A stretch of DNA of 64,000 nucleotides, taken from contig NC_059428.1 of NCBI RefSeq assembly GCF_021028975.2, forward strand, positions 109,678,001 through 109,742,000, written 5' to 3'. The stretch is from Sphaerodactylus townsendi. Lineage: Eukaryota. Positions 36,716 through 49,784 of the stretch are shown piece after piece. The notes under the pieces were generated by a model. That model was not told the origin of the DNA, did not search any database, and was given only the letters and a program-made list of their open reading frames with translations. Every line of letters starts with the position of its first letter. The stretch's first letter is position 1. Made by a program: the position numbers and the translations under genes.

Positions 36716-37289
36716 CACTAGATCATTTGACTCTGCTTAAGATGTGAGATAACAGTGCTAGGTTACTGTGTACACAGGATCTGCTTTGGGAACCTGGCAT
36801 CTCATCCAAGTTAACTCTCATAACGTCAGGAGGGAAAGAGAACATTGTGAACCCGCATTATTGTGGACTGGAGTTTTCATATTCAATCTGAACTACTTAG
36901 GAGCTGGGTATTTAGGAGCTGAATTAAACTCTGTACTGAGGTCTGTTCCCTTGGCCTCCTGGCAATAGAAATTTTTTGGCCATCAAGTCACAGCTGACTT
37001 ATGGTGACAGCCATATGGTTTTCCAGGCAAGAAATGTTCGGAGGTGGTTTGCCATTGCCTGGCTGTGTGCAGAGACCGTGGGCCTCCTTGGTGGACTCCC
37101 ATCTCAGCTGACACTGCTTGGCTTCCAAGCCCTGACCATATCAGGCTAGCCTGGGCCATCCAGGTCAGGGCATAAACTTCATTAGCCACCTTGAAATAAC
37201 TTCCATGCCCTACCTTCTATCCCCCTAGCCCTGCTCCCCATCTCACATTCTTTGAATGCCTGAAGCAAAATAGCACATTTGTCCAAATT

Positions 37290-39323
37290 CAATTGATTTA
37301 CACACCTTTATTCAGATGCAGAGTTCACATACAGCCTTCCCTTTAATTTTGTTGGGAGCAAAATTCACAATACAAATTTAAAGAAAGTTGAAAAAATAAC
37401 ATTTTCCACAAAGTTGTGACCAATTCTGAACCATTCTAGCTAATTAAACGCTAAAGTTAAACTGTAAAATGCCTTTAGCTAAGAATGATTGAAGTACTGC
37501 AGCCCTTGAAAACAGTTAACAAGAATCCTGTTACACAACATTTACTACACAAGGTATGTGTTGGATCCAAACATCCTGGCTTCTAGGTATCAAGCCATTC
37601 GACACAAACCTGGATCCAAAGTCCTCTGCATCAGCAGAAGGCAATGCTGGGCATGCACATCATCAAGGACATGTGGGCATGAGAGAAAGAACTGACTGGA
37701 GCCAACCCCTACTACACCATGCTTGTTTTCTGTTTCAAAAAGATTTCAAGTTCTAGAGCAGGGGTAGGGAACCTGCGGCTCTCCAGATGTTCAGGAACTA
37801 CAATTTATCAGCCCAATTGGCCATGCTGACAGAGGCTGATGGGAATTGTAGTTCCTGAACATCTGGAGAGCCGCAGGTTCCCTACCCCTGTTCTAGAGCT
37901 TGCATGTGACGGACGTTAAGTGTACATAATACACAATGTGAGTGTCGGGGGGCGGGGGGAAGGGGACCAACAGAACCAAAACAGGCTGCATAGACCTGCT
38001 CTCACATATATATAGTGGATATAAAAGCCAACCATTCTCCTTTGCACAGTATTTAAGACGGAAGGATCAGTACCAGAGAGATTTAAATCTAATTCCTCAC
38101 AGGCAGTTTTGCAAATAAGCAAGCAAACCAGCTAACCTTCAAAAGGATGTCAGTCAATTATTGGTCGAGGGAGGGGGCATTTTAATAAATTTTAGTTTAG
38201 AAGCATTTTCAACTTGGCCCAAAAAACACTTATTTACAGACAGCATTGAGCCACTTTTCTGGTAAATTCTCACATCACAGCACTGACTGAAACAAGGAAC
38301 AATATGTGTGGGGCAAAGGATTTAGTTCCTTCCCATGAAAGCATTATATTGTTCCATTCAAATTTACATTTACAAAAGTGCACAAAGGGGGGAAAAAAAA
38401 CTTTTGGAAGCAATATTTGTTACAGTGATTTAATAAGCAGCACACAATTAATTACTTTGTCTACATATAGATTTCAGTCCAGTTTTATAGCTGTATTGCT
38501 CTGTCTCATTTTATCAAGATATTTAACAGCATATTATTTATTGTATGCTATATAGTAATATTAAGCATGTTTTGTAGTCTCGACCTCTCACTGCACGCTG
38601 ATGTTAACCAATGAAAAGTCATTCCGAAAAAACAACATTTTTCTCCCTGCAAATTGTGTTTCAGTCCATCACAGTAATGAAAGTTAAAGAAGCACAATAA
38701 AATACTGTAAATGCAGTGGGTCCCCGCAGTGCTGAATATGTGGCTACTTCCCCAAATGTCGGGAGGTTCCACAAAATGTTAGGCCGTTTCAAGCCACTCC
38801 TCCTCTTATGATGGAAGCAGCCATTTTCCCAAGTGCAGGCCCTGCAGAATCCAAGGTGATGTCTCCCGGCTCTTCTCAGCCATCTCCTATTCCAGTGGAA
38901 GAGATTAAGGCCAAGGTTGGCTCTTTGCAACAGGTGAAAGATACACAGGGGAAGCAGCAAGTGGGGGGCAGGAAACACAATGGTGGGCACCGTGTTGCAG
39001 AGTGATGCTTTAATGTGTCTCAGCAAAACCTGGAATACAGATCCTGAACACCAGTCAGCTTTTCTATATAAATCAGAGGCCTGACAATGGAAAAGCAGAG
39101 CATCGCTAGAAAAAGTTTTATACAGATAAGTGCTCTGCTTGTCCTCAGACTGTTTGTTCCCTTCAACTTAGATTTTAGAAGCTGGAATTAAATAGTACAT
39201 TTAATGTTTTTAGAACACATTACAATAAAACTCTATGGTATTAAATAAGCTTATGTAATTTAGATGCAATAGGGTATATTCAAACCGTAAGGTGCTGTGT
39301 TTCACATGAAGTCTTCAGAGAGC
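37290..39323 (-). other. FBXL3: FBXL3 3' UTR (about 2 kb)
   Basis: AT-rich, largely repeat-free stretch after the stop; AATAAA on the minus strand at 37307-37312. Confidence 0.6.
37759..37890. mobile_element. Palindromic hAT MITE in the FBXL3 3' UTR
   Basis: Same termini as 26045; perfect TSD TTCTAGAG. Confidence 0.9.
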
Positions 39324-39967
39324 CTACCATGTGGGCATCATATCTGGAAACCAGACTCTACCGAGATGTTTTGACACTTCCCAATGAATCTGCTCCAAGC
39401 TGTACTTCTGGTCAGGAATCAAGACTTCTTCCATGATAGACAGTTGAGAAAGGCGGCCACCACACATCTTCACAAACTCCACAAAGGCACTGCAGGAGAC
39501 TTCACACTCCCCAAGGCCAATAGCCGACAAATTCTTACAGCGCTCCGCAATGCAAATCAGCTCTTCGTCCAGTGGCCGCAATCCGTTGGCGCACACAACC
39601 AGCTCAACCAAGCGCGGACACGTCATTCCAACTCTGCCAAGTACGTCTTTGCTTACTGACCTCCCAAAATAAAGGTGAGTGACGGGCATCTCGTAACGAA
39701 AGAACGGACCAAATTCTTCTTCGTATAAGAAAAAATACATGACTAAATTGACTTTGGGAGAATGTCTGAGGAAAGCATCCCAGCTGCTCTTCTCGATCGC
39801 GTGGAAGTGTGTCTGTCCAGGGTTGTCGCTGACCACATCTATGCGCAAGTGTTCTAATCGGACGTGTTTTTCTGATGACAAGGCAAGGAGGAGGTCGTCA
39901 CTCAGCAGATGGTAGTTTAACGCCAGCTCACGTAAACCATGGCACTGGTCAGCGACACAGAGGATCC
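39324..39967 (-). CDS. FBXL3: FBXL3 terminal coding exon
   Basis: ttcccag|(G)[46 protein letters not shown]...[14 protein letters not shown]; diagnostic CRY-binding C-terminal Trp tail. Confidence 0.97.
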
Positions 39968-42102
39968 CTGGGAAAAGGAACTCAGCATAAGAAATCCGCC
40001 TTCACCATCCAGCCTTTCGCACAGCTGAAGACCTGCCTTAACCTTCACTATGTGTGAATGAAGAGCTCAAGTGTTTTGTTTGGTTTTTGGACGAGAAGTG
40101 GTTCTATACAGACTAACGACATGTAGCATATTATTCAGAACAAACCGTTAATTAACACATAGGTTCTCTTGTGGAAGTGACTCAAGGAATGACATCTAAA
40201 CAGAATTTAAATCACTCTGCCAGGATGACACATATGGCTAACTGGGACAAGGAAGCATGTTTTTTCTTCCACTTTCAAAAGTACAGTCACTGCAAAGGGA
40301 TGCCACTGGCAAGAAATATGCAGCAGTTGAACACCTCTTTTCCATCTTCACAGAAAACATTTGGTTACCCAGTCAGATTCAGGGGACTTGATAGGACTGC
40401 ACCCCAATATAATATTCTGTTTGTGTGTGCATGTCTATTTTTTCAGATTAGAAGGTTTGAATGTGGTAGGAAGAGAACACCGTCTTGTCTCATAATGAAT
40501 TATATTCCCTATAAATCCAAGGTTCCCAAAGTGTGTGGTACCAACCCCTGGGGGGCAGTGGAATTATTTAAGGAGGCACCAAGGGGCAAGAGTGTTGCAG
40601 AGAGGCACTGGAGGCAGGCCCCTTTAGCTCACTGAAAAAAATACTTGCCAATGGCTTTTGCCTCCTAACCCAGGGTTCTATCATTGACCTCTTGGTGCAG
40701 TTAATCTTTGCATATCAGAACTATGCAGAGTTAACAGAACTCAGTATTAACCACAGAAAGAGGAAGAAAATCCAGAAGAATGGTACTGAGGAATATTACT
40801 TGCTAACAATTGCTATTAACATTTGTCCTACACTGTTCACTGGAAAGTTCCACTGTGTCCTGAATATTAGTCAAATTGTGTTTTGCAGAACAAATATTTA
40901 GGAAAAAATGCTTATTAGGACAAAGCATGTGGAAGGGTTATGGGGGAACTGGAAGCAAGTAACATAAAAGGCTTCCGCCAATCAAAGCTGTTAAGCAAGG
41001 GATGAACAGTGCAGGTGGTGACACACATACCAGTCCAACAAGTCTTCACAAAGGCAAACAAACAAGTGCTTGTGCGCCCTCAGAAAGACTGGACAAGCTT
41101 CCACCCGAGGCTCAGGAAGACTGGCCACCTGTTTCCGTAATGGTGTCCCTGCACCCACAAGCAGACGACATTTGCTGGCAACTGTTCTTTGGTGTCCTGT
41201 GTCTGAAAAACTGAGCTGAACTCTGCCTCTGAATGCCTGGACTTCTGTTCCACTTTCACAGTCTAATGAACCACGAGGCAAACAAAGTCTCTTACAACAT
41301 GCTTAACTCTCTTCCACTGAAATAATGTGGAACGAACAAAACAAAACTTGTTATGAATTTCCCCAGGGCCAGAAATAACACACACACACACACACACACC
41401 CATCTAGGATTTACAGCAGAAAACATAGGCAGTTAGTTAAAATTAGTCTAGGTCATTCAGTACAAGGAACCACTGAAGCCAGAATAGCTGTTTTGTTATG
41501 TTATGGGACAATAGTCAACTGGTTATCTGTGACTGGTCAGATACCTTATGTTCCAAACTGGATCCAGTAAACTCCTCATGAATACATTACAGATCTTCCC
41601 CTCTTTGTCCTCATCCCAGAACCTGTGTCCACTCACAAAAAAGTTGATTCCAGGGGTTGTGGAGTAACAAGCCAGAGATGTCAGTGAGCTACAGCAAGAA
41701 GAGGCAATTTCGTTTCCTTTCTTCTCTTCACTGCTGCCCATCAACACATGAGGCTATTACTCCACGGAGATCCCGCCAAGATGGGTGGCAACTAGTCCAT
41801 AAACTGGTGGGAAGGGAGATCCACAGCCACCAGAGCCCTCCACTGAAGGGTCACTGCATCTAGTCCATATTCTGCAAGTACACTAGTTTGCTTTAGTCAT
41901 TGCTCCAGTAAAATCCATTACTAAAGACACAACCTTGTATTGCTGAATGCTTTACGTAGTCAAAATAACCAGTGTTATTCAGTGCACTAAATAAGTGAAA
42001 AAGTGAAAATAATTCTCATATATTTAGAAGAGCAGAAAGTATGCTGTTTGACCAACTGGGATTTTTCAAGATAACCATGTGAGAATGTAAGAGCAAGCTC
42101 AC

Positions 42103-42274
42103 CTGCTGGAGAAACATGAGGACAGCTGTTCATCTTTAACAGTTTCAGGGTGTCACTGTTGTTAGCCACTAGTACCTTGAGAGATGGATCATCTACTGGT
42201 GTATCATCTATCTTAAGCGAAGAAAGTGACTTGGAGTTTACGAACACCACAGTCAGTGCAGAAATAAAGTGTGA
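42103..42274 (-). CDS. FBXL3: FBXL3 coding exon 3
   Basis: ctgcag|[57 protein letters not shown](G)|gtgagc; 172 nt. Confidence 0.96.
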
Positions 42275-43541
42275 CTGCAGAAAGGAGAAAAGAATGGAGT
42301 TAGGACATGAAACATAATACTCACAGCACAAAATATGTTTTATCCACAGTAGAAAACCTGGCAAGTTACTGAAAATTTCTGAGCAAGTAACTTCTTTTCC
42401 AGATGCTTCTGGATAGACTATGTGCCTGAGACTGACTAGCTGAATATTGGAATACTTATCACAAACTTTCAGTTTAGCACTCCCAAGTTACAACACCCTC
42501 CAAATTCAAATGACGCATCTAGCTGGAAAGAAGACGGCCTACAACTTCATACAAAGTAAAAAAAAAAACCTGAGAAGGGATGCCAGTTTAGGTTGTGTGT
42601 CTACCTTTTGCCTGAAGGGCTACTCCAAATATCAGAGAAGGGAGTTTTTGCAAAGAAAAACTTGAAATAATCCCTAGTTAGGAAGTTATCAGGAAACTCA
42701 TGACGTGGAATTATTACAGTAGAATGCTATATAGCAACAGAGTTACGCAGTACTGGCAGTACAGTTGAACACAGTCAGTCAAAAGGAATGCTGTTCTTAT
42801 GCACTCCATCCCATCTTTGGCAGCAAGGTTTGGAACAGTGTAGCTGAAGAAACAGCCAAGCAAGCACCATACTGGCCTTACTGAGTAATGGCACATCTGA
42901 GGTCACAAAGAGGGTGAGATGTGTGGAGTTACTCCCTTCAATCTACAGGAAAACCAACAGGAATAAAGACCTAGCAAAATACACATCATTTCGGGCGGCA
43001 TTTTAGGAAACTGGCAGAGGAGGAGAGTTCTGGACTATCTTTCAGCAACAGAAGTCCAAGTAAGAAATCCTCGACCAGATGTCCCAGAGAAGTTGAAAAG
43101 CTTTTCAGCTGGAAAACCAGTAAAAGGAGTAGAAAAAAACAACCACGCACATAGCGGTCAACCAATAGGATACTCTTAGCAAACGTCTGGCAGCTGAAAT
43201 TTCCATTTTCTACAGCTTTTAAGAATATTTGTTGGCACCATCCTGGTGGCTATTGCAGTCTCTCTTATAAATCCTGAAGCAATTTCTTGGTTTCTAAGTG
43301 GGCAGTACTTCAGGGTAGCCTTTACCCAATCAAAACTATTTCCCAACACATGTTTGTAATACTGTGGTGAGCAGTATTCAAAATACTGTTAAGGCAACAG
43401 TGTAGCCTTGACATTCAAAATACTGTCAGGGCAACGTTCCTTCTAGACCACCCTGTCTGGTAGTATGTCAGGTTTTACGCTTTTTAAAGCTTCTCCAACA
43501 TGAGCCCTTCGGGGGAGGGCGGTTTATAAACCCAAATAATA

Positions 43542-43544
43542 AAA

Positions 43545-43599
<55 letters not shown>
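43542..43599. repeat. (AAAT)n microsatellite (retroelement tail)
   Basis: About 14 AAAT units following a gagcccttcgggggagggcgg L2-type 3' end. Confidence 0.9.
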
Positions 43600-44679
43600 A
43601 AGCCCAAGAGTAAAAGAAGATTGGAGAAACTAATTATAAAAGCATGGAAAGAACAAACATACAGGAGAACAGAAAAGACCTGAGCAGCCGAGAAGCAGGA
43701 GCTACTCTGTAAATAAGTCATGAGGCACAGTGTCCTAGCTCTGCTCTGATGTCCCAGGAAGGGAGGGCAGCCACAATGCTCCTCTGTGCTCCCACAGCCA
43801 GGGAAGCAGTTCTACAAGCAGTGATACTCGACACAGATGCATCTGCAGTCTCTGCTCCCAGAAGAGCACCCACACATCCAGCAGTCATTGGGCTACTGTG
43901 TTCCCCCACCTCATCCCCCACCCCCCCCAGAACCCAGCCAGCTTTGTGCCAAGATCAGACTAAGAGGCAGAAAAGCAGAAGGAAGGGACACATGTTTGCT
44001 ACCTGGCTGCTCCTTCACCTTTTTATCAGAATGGAGAACTGAAAGCCAAAACAAGTTGAAGCCAAAAAAGAAACCTTTCAAGATTTAAAAAGTTCAGACA
44101 AAGCTATATGGAATTCCTTGCAACACACCCGTTCACTATCAGTGGGCAAACCACAGGATGGAAGGGAAAGGGAAAGGTTACTGCAGCTCCCTGTACAGTG
44201 TCTGACAAGCGACCTCCATGAATGTAGAAGGCTTGACAAGGAATACAAGGGGTAAAGAACATAGCCTACAATGACTGGACAGTCAGTCAGCTCACAAAAT
44301 GATGTTCTGGACCAGTCAGATAACAGAAAGTTCAGGGAGAGGCTTGCACATCTCCATGAAGCCATCCCACAATTTAGCTCCATAAATTGTAATTATTTTT
44401 TCCCAGGGGGGAATTTATTTCAGCAATGCTTTGAAGCACCTTTACTATCCCACTGGTAATTCAACAGTCTTTGCACTGAGTTGGTATGTACTGCAAATGA
44501 ACCATTTTTGCAATACTATCTACTCCCCATCCCTGCAAAGAGGTAAATTTAATCCCACAATTTAATCCCAGTCAGCCCAAATAATAAGATAGAATCACTT
44601 GTTTAACCACAGGGAACCTGGTCTTCCTCTTAGAGAAGTGTGAAATAAAGAACTTCCATTTTCAGTAAGCAATTAATAC

Positions 44680-44802
44680 CTTTGGTAAATCCATGAAGCT
44701 TGGTCGAGCAGTGGAAATTAATCCAAGAGTTTTTAAGGAGCAGTTCACAAGCTGTGATAAAATATCACAAGCTGCTTCAGCTGATTCCTTGCTGCTGTCC
44801 AC
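44680..44802 (-). CDS. FBXL3: FBXL3 coding exon 2
   Basis: ttttgaag|[41 protein letters not shown]|gtatta; 123 nt; not in the ORF track. Confidence 0.95.
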
Positions 44803-47800
44803 CTTCAAAAGGAAATGAAACAGTGAATTCACTTAGTGCATTCGAATTCTGATTCTTGATGAACTGGGAACACTTGAAAAGAATCAAATATTACAATTTT
44901 TATTCCATTCTTCTAAAAAGGTGAAGTACCTTCAATTTAGATCACACTGATTTGGGCTTTTTTTTTAATTTAATGAATACCACTCCAAATCTCTTTAATT
45001 AATTGTCATTTTAAGACACTATAAAGTACAACAGAACAAACAGAACTGTTACATAAATGTCTGTATTAACAAGAATTTTCAAAACTGGATATTAGCCTGG
45101 CTGATACAGAATTTGCAAGGATATGTATTGAAGGGCTTCATGACAGTGATATACTTGTTAAAATATTAGCTGTTAGCATCTCATCATGGTGGGTAGAGCA
45201 CAGGGTTTGGGGTAGACCAAAACAGAATGTTAAGCATGTATGTAAAAACTCAGCACCTGCAGGATCAATTAATGTGGGCAGCTGTTTTCTCATGTTTCAC
45301 AACAGGATAATGAGGACTGCCCACCAGTTAAAAACATGTTATAGTTGAACAATCAACGGCCTTCAATTATATTTAATCATTCTATTTGAAAAAAATGAGG
45401 GTATTACCAACAGTCAAACATTCAGACGTTTTGGGTGGGGGATATTTAAGTGTAAGATAAACAGTTACCTTTTAAGATAAACAGTAACCTTTTAACCTCT
45501 TTAACATAGCAACATAGAATCAAAATAATATTGAAAATGTGTCCCTACAGACCAAGAGATTAATCTGCTAAAGTGTTAGCTGCTTATCACACTAACTAAA
45601 CTTGTTAAGATTTGAACTACAATAAGTTTCTCCTGGAAAAGTTAACAAAAGTGGTCTCAAACTGCAGAACAATTTTCAACTGAAAACACCTCTAAAGAAC
45701 CCAAGAAAGAATCTGACAGAAATCTATGACAAGATCAAAAGAGAATTCAACAAAATCAAAAAGGGGAAAGAAATACAACGGAGTATCAATTAGATATCCT
45801 TGAAACTGAGGAAATACAGAAGAAATTGAGATTTTTAAGATAGAAGCATTTTGCTTAAATAAATAAGCCAGCAACATACCTGGCACATTATTTAAGGAAG
45901 GAAACTAAAACCGAAAGCCACCTCATCCCCAAATGGTAGCTACTTCATGTAACTGGCAAAGAGTGGCCATATATTCAGCAGTAATGTATTATTTACTGCA
46001 CACAGGTATTTCAATTTAAACGTGATCCAACACCCTCCCACCCCGGCCTTATACATACACATTTTAACCTAAGAATAGTCCTGTTGGATCATACCAGCAC
46101 TCTGTTTCCCAACCAGATCTTTCAGAAAGGGTCACAGGCAAGTGCAGAGGCGAAAACTGTACTCTATTGCTGCAATCCAACAACCGGTATTTAGAAATAT
46201 ATTGGACACAGAAGATCCATTCTCTAGTAATTCTTTCTTTATTAAAAGTATTTATATCTTGCCTTTTGATAGCCGTATTCAAAGTGGCTTCTAATATCTT
46301 TTTAAGGCCACTTATGCTAGCAGTGATTATATCAAGTCACAGTGAGTAACAAGTTAACAACACTTTGTAGGAAGAGGTCTGTTCTGCTCATCAATTCATT
46401 GGCTGATCCCAACTTTTAGTATCTTGGGAGTGGAAGTAAAAGTTTTTCGATGCGTGTTTCCATACCATACACAATTTTATGAACTTCTATCATGCCTTTT
46501 CTCTGAACTGAAACTGTTAAAGGAAGACTTTTTGCCTTAGATGGCTTCCTTGATTTTGTTCATTAACTGTGATGCAGTTATCTTAGTTCTGATGTTACCT
46601 TTCCCAACCTGTAGTATATATTCTAAAATTATAGTAGTGAAGTTTTAAGTTTTTATTTGACCCTGTCCAACTTCCTTTTTGACTAATCCACCTACTTTTT
46701 CAGAACCTTTCCCCCCCTAAAATCTAATGTTGAGCTTTTGGAAAATAAAACGGTAGATGCTGTTCGTCTCTAGTTCACCACTACCTCTCACACAAATAAA
46801 CCCTGAAGAAAAACAATCATGATCAAGCCCCAGGCAGCCTCTCCTCTAGCTGGTTCCATGATTAACTGTTCTAAGTCATAATCATTTTGGATATTTAGAA
46901 ATTATTTCTCTGATGCAATTCAAACATGCATTGGTTCTCACCCAATCAGAGTGAGAACCCACTATTACAACGTTCTCTCTTGGGTCACCTCCCTTATGTT
47001 ATCTCCATTTCAAGATCAAAGTTCTGCTCAGAGGTGATATTAAATTACCTTTGGGGCCTGTTATTTCTACCCATAGTAATATGTGGAGGAGTTTATCCCT
47101 CTTAAGTTCTCTAGTTCCTTTCTGAATCCGACCACAGCTGTTGAGGCACCCTATTAAGTCTCCTCAGGCACACACATTCAAGAGGAATGTGGAACAGCTA
47201 GAGAAGCAACATCTCAACAGAATGCATTTCCAAGGAAAACACGGCTACTGTGGTACATACAACACACTGCAGTCATAAGAGTCTGGCAACATGGACAAGA
47301 AGAAAACTACTATGGTAACTGGTAATTCAGTTTCATGCCCTGATGCTAAGTCGGCATATTTAGAAGTAAATTCCACTGATATCCCCCTTCTTGGCCCACA
47401 CCAAGTGAACTTTCTCTCAGCAGAGCTACCATAAAGTTGGCTAGGAAGCTGCCAGTCTTCTTGGTGCCACTATTTAAAAGGCAGCCGGGTAACCAGATTC
47501 CATTTCCTCTCTGTGATACACTTTGGAATTTTGCAAACAAAAAAATGTGTCAGAGAATCTTTTGATTTATGTCTTCTGTGGCATATCTCCACTTGACCTG
47601 CTTATTTTATGACATTTTGCATTCTAAGACAAATCTCCAATAACCAGAGTCAAATTATTACTTTTCCCTGGGAGTGAAAAAACACTGAGTCCAGACATAT
47701 ATTTTAAAAGGAAGATCAATAGAAGCATACATTTGTTTTGTGCTATGGAATCAGAAACTGGCTTCAAAATTTAAACACAAATACTTGTGGTCTTTACACA

Positions 47801-48029
47801 CATGAGCTCACTCAGTATACATATAAGTTGGACCACCTGGTCTGAAAGTGGACTACCACATAAGTTTGACCACCTGTCCAGAGGCGTACCGGGGTGGGGG
47901 TGGGGAGAAAGGCTCCTGGAGACAACTCCTTCTCTGGGTGCCCCCCTGCATGCTCAGGAGTGGGGCTTGGGGCCACGCCCAAGCCCCCCCCCCCCCGGGT
48001 TCCCTGCAGCCTGGCTTCTCTTTCCATGA

Positions 48030-48228
48030 CCTGGGGAGAGAAATAGCATGGCCTCCAGCAACATGTTTTTAAAAGCTGGGAGGCCGGGGGCAGGGTTTAG
48101 GGGACAGGGCCACACCCTAAGCCCCCGCCCATTCCAGGGGGCTTAGGGGGTGGGGCCACACCCCCAAGCCCCTGCTCTCCCTGCTTTTAAAAGCATGTCG
48201 CTGGAGGCCATGCTGCTTCTCTCCCCAG
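48030..48228. repeat. Inverted repeat around G/C-tract units, inside a probable DNA transposon (about 47790-48470)
   Basis: ctggggagagaaatagcatggcctccagcaacatg pairs with catgtcgctggaggccatgctgcttctctccccagg. Confidence 0.6.
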
Positions 48229-48637
48229 GGGGAGGGAGGTGGCCGGAGCATCAGGAGGGGGCATGGTTTTCAGGCTCCCTCCACGCCCACATGGGTGGAG
48301 CTGAGGGAGCCCAAAGATGATGAGGCAGCAGGACTTCCTGCTGCCTCGTTCTCTTCCCAGAAGGCATCTGGTAACATTGGAGACCGATTTTGCACCCCCC
48401 ACATGACCAGATTAGTTGTGCCCTGGGACATGGGTTACCACATGTCCCTGGGCAGATATGCACCTGCATCTGGCTTTCTTTACCTGTTTCACTGTACTCA
48501 TTTAGCTTGGTACTCAGGACTGTACTCATATGCTAATGCTATAAAGAACATAGAATTAGTAAGTCCAAACAGAAACTGAAAGTTCTGAATTCAGAATTCT
48601 CCCTACTCCCTTTAATAAACTTGTTCAAAGAATTGAG

Positions 48638-48900
48638 AACATAAGAACATAAGAAAGAGCCTGCTGGATCAGACCAGAGTCCATCTAGTCCAGCACTCTG
48701 CTACTCGTAGTGGCCCACCAGGTGCCTTTGGGAGCTCACGTGCAGGATGTGAAAGCAATGGCCTTTTGCTGCTGCTCCCGCTCCCGAGCACCTGGTATGC
48801 TAAGGCATTTGCAATCTCAGATCAAAGAGGATCAAGATTGGTAGCCATAGATCGACTTCTCCTCCATAAATCTGTCCAAGCCCTTTTTAAAGCTATCCAA
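48638..48900 (-). mobile_element. CR1 LINE 3' end
   Basis: (AGAACATA)n terminal repeat followed by ctggatcagacc...gtccatctagtccagc; opposite-orientation fragment at about 21960-22050. Confidence 0.75.
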
Positions 48901-49418
48901 GTGAGTTTGCAGTGAAGCACAAATTATAGACATGAAGTCTTGGCAACTAAGATTTTGTTTTCTTTTATTTAAAATAAGCACCTCATGGGAGTGTTTCATT
49001 GGGCAGAAGGATTTCCATCAGTGAAGGGCAATATTCTTACTGTCTGCTCCTGCTACAGTACAAAATGCCTGCAAAAATTCTTTGCTGGAAGGGGACTGGA
49101 GATCACCAGGATCAGCATTTCATGGGTCATTTTTGGTTTTGGTAGAAGCCAAGAAATTTATGTCATGCTGTTAGACCCAAGCCCATCATCACTGCAAAAA
49201 GTATTACCATACTGCAAAATATGTTGTTTCAATTTCTCCTGTTTTCTTAGACACATCAATAGGCTGGTTGGGACAGATAAATAATTCAGTTTCTCCCCAA
49301 CAAGCCACTGAATAGTATCAGAGTGATTATTTTATTGGGGGGGGGGGAATGTGTGCATAGGGAGATGGAGGAAGGGCAGCAATCTACAAAATAAATAACT
49401 TTTTTAAAGCATAGTTAC

Positions 49419-49784
49419 CTTGAAACTAACATACTGTAAATGATTTGAATGCCTTTTGATAATTTGCTTAATAAGCTCTGGATGAGTAGCCTTCAAATAA
49501 GATGTAGCTGGCTGATTCAGTTCAAACTCAAAACATCTCCACAGTTCAGGCATATGGAACACCTGGTTCCACCCACGGCAGACCTGTGATGCATGAGCAC
49601 GATCCAGAAGAGGCAAATACTGGAACACCTGCAGAACAATGTCTGGAATGAGATTTCCCCAGTCAGGGCTCTGAAGCACTCTGGCACATCCTTGATCCGT
49701 TGTCTTCAGCTTTTTACCATCTGCTGTATTCTCCTCATCTGATAAATGATCACTGGCTTTGCTGTTTTTTCTTCCTCGTTTCAT
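49419..49784 (-). CDS. FBXL3: FBXL3 coding exon 1 (F-box)
   Basis: tatag|a ATG KRGRK...[36 protein letters not shown]...[11 protein letters not shown]|gtaact; spliced CDS 1305 nt = 434 aa. Confidence 0.96.
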
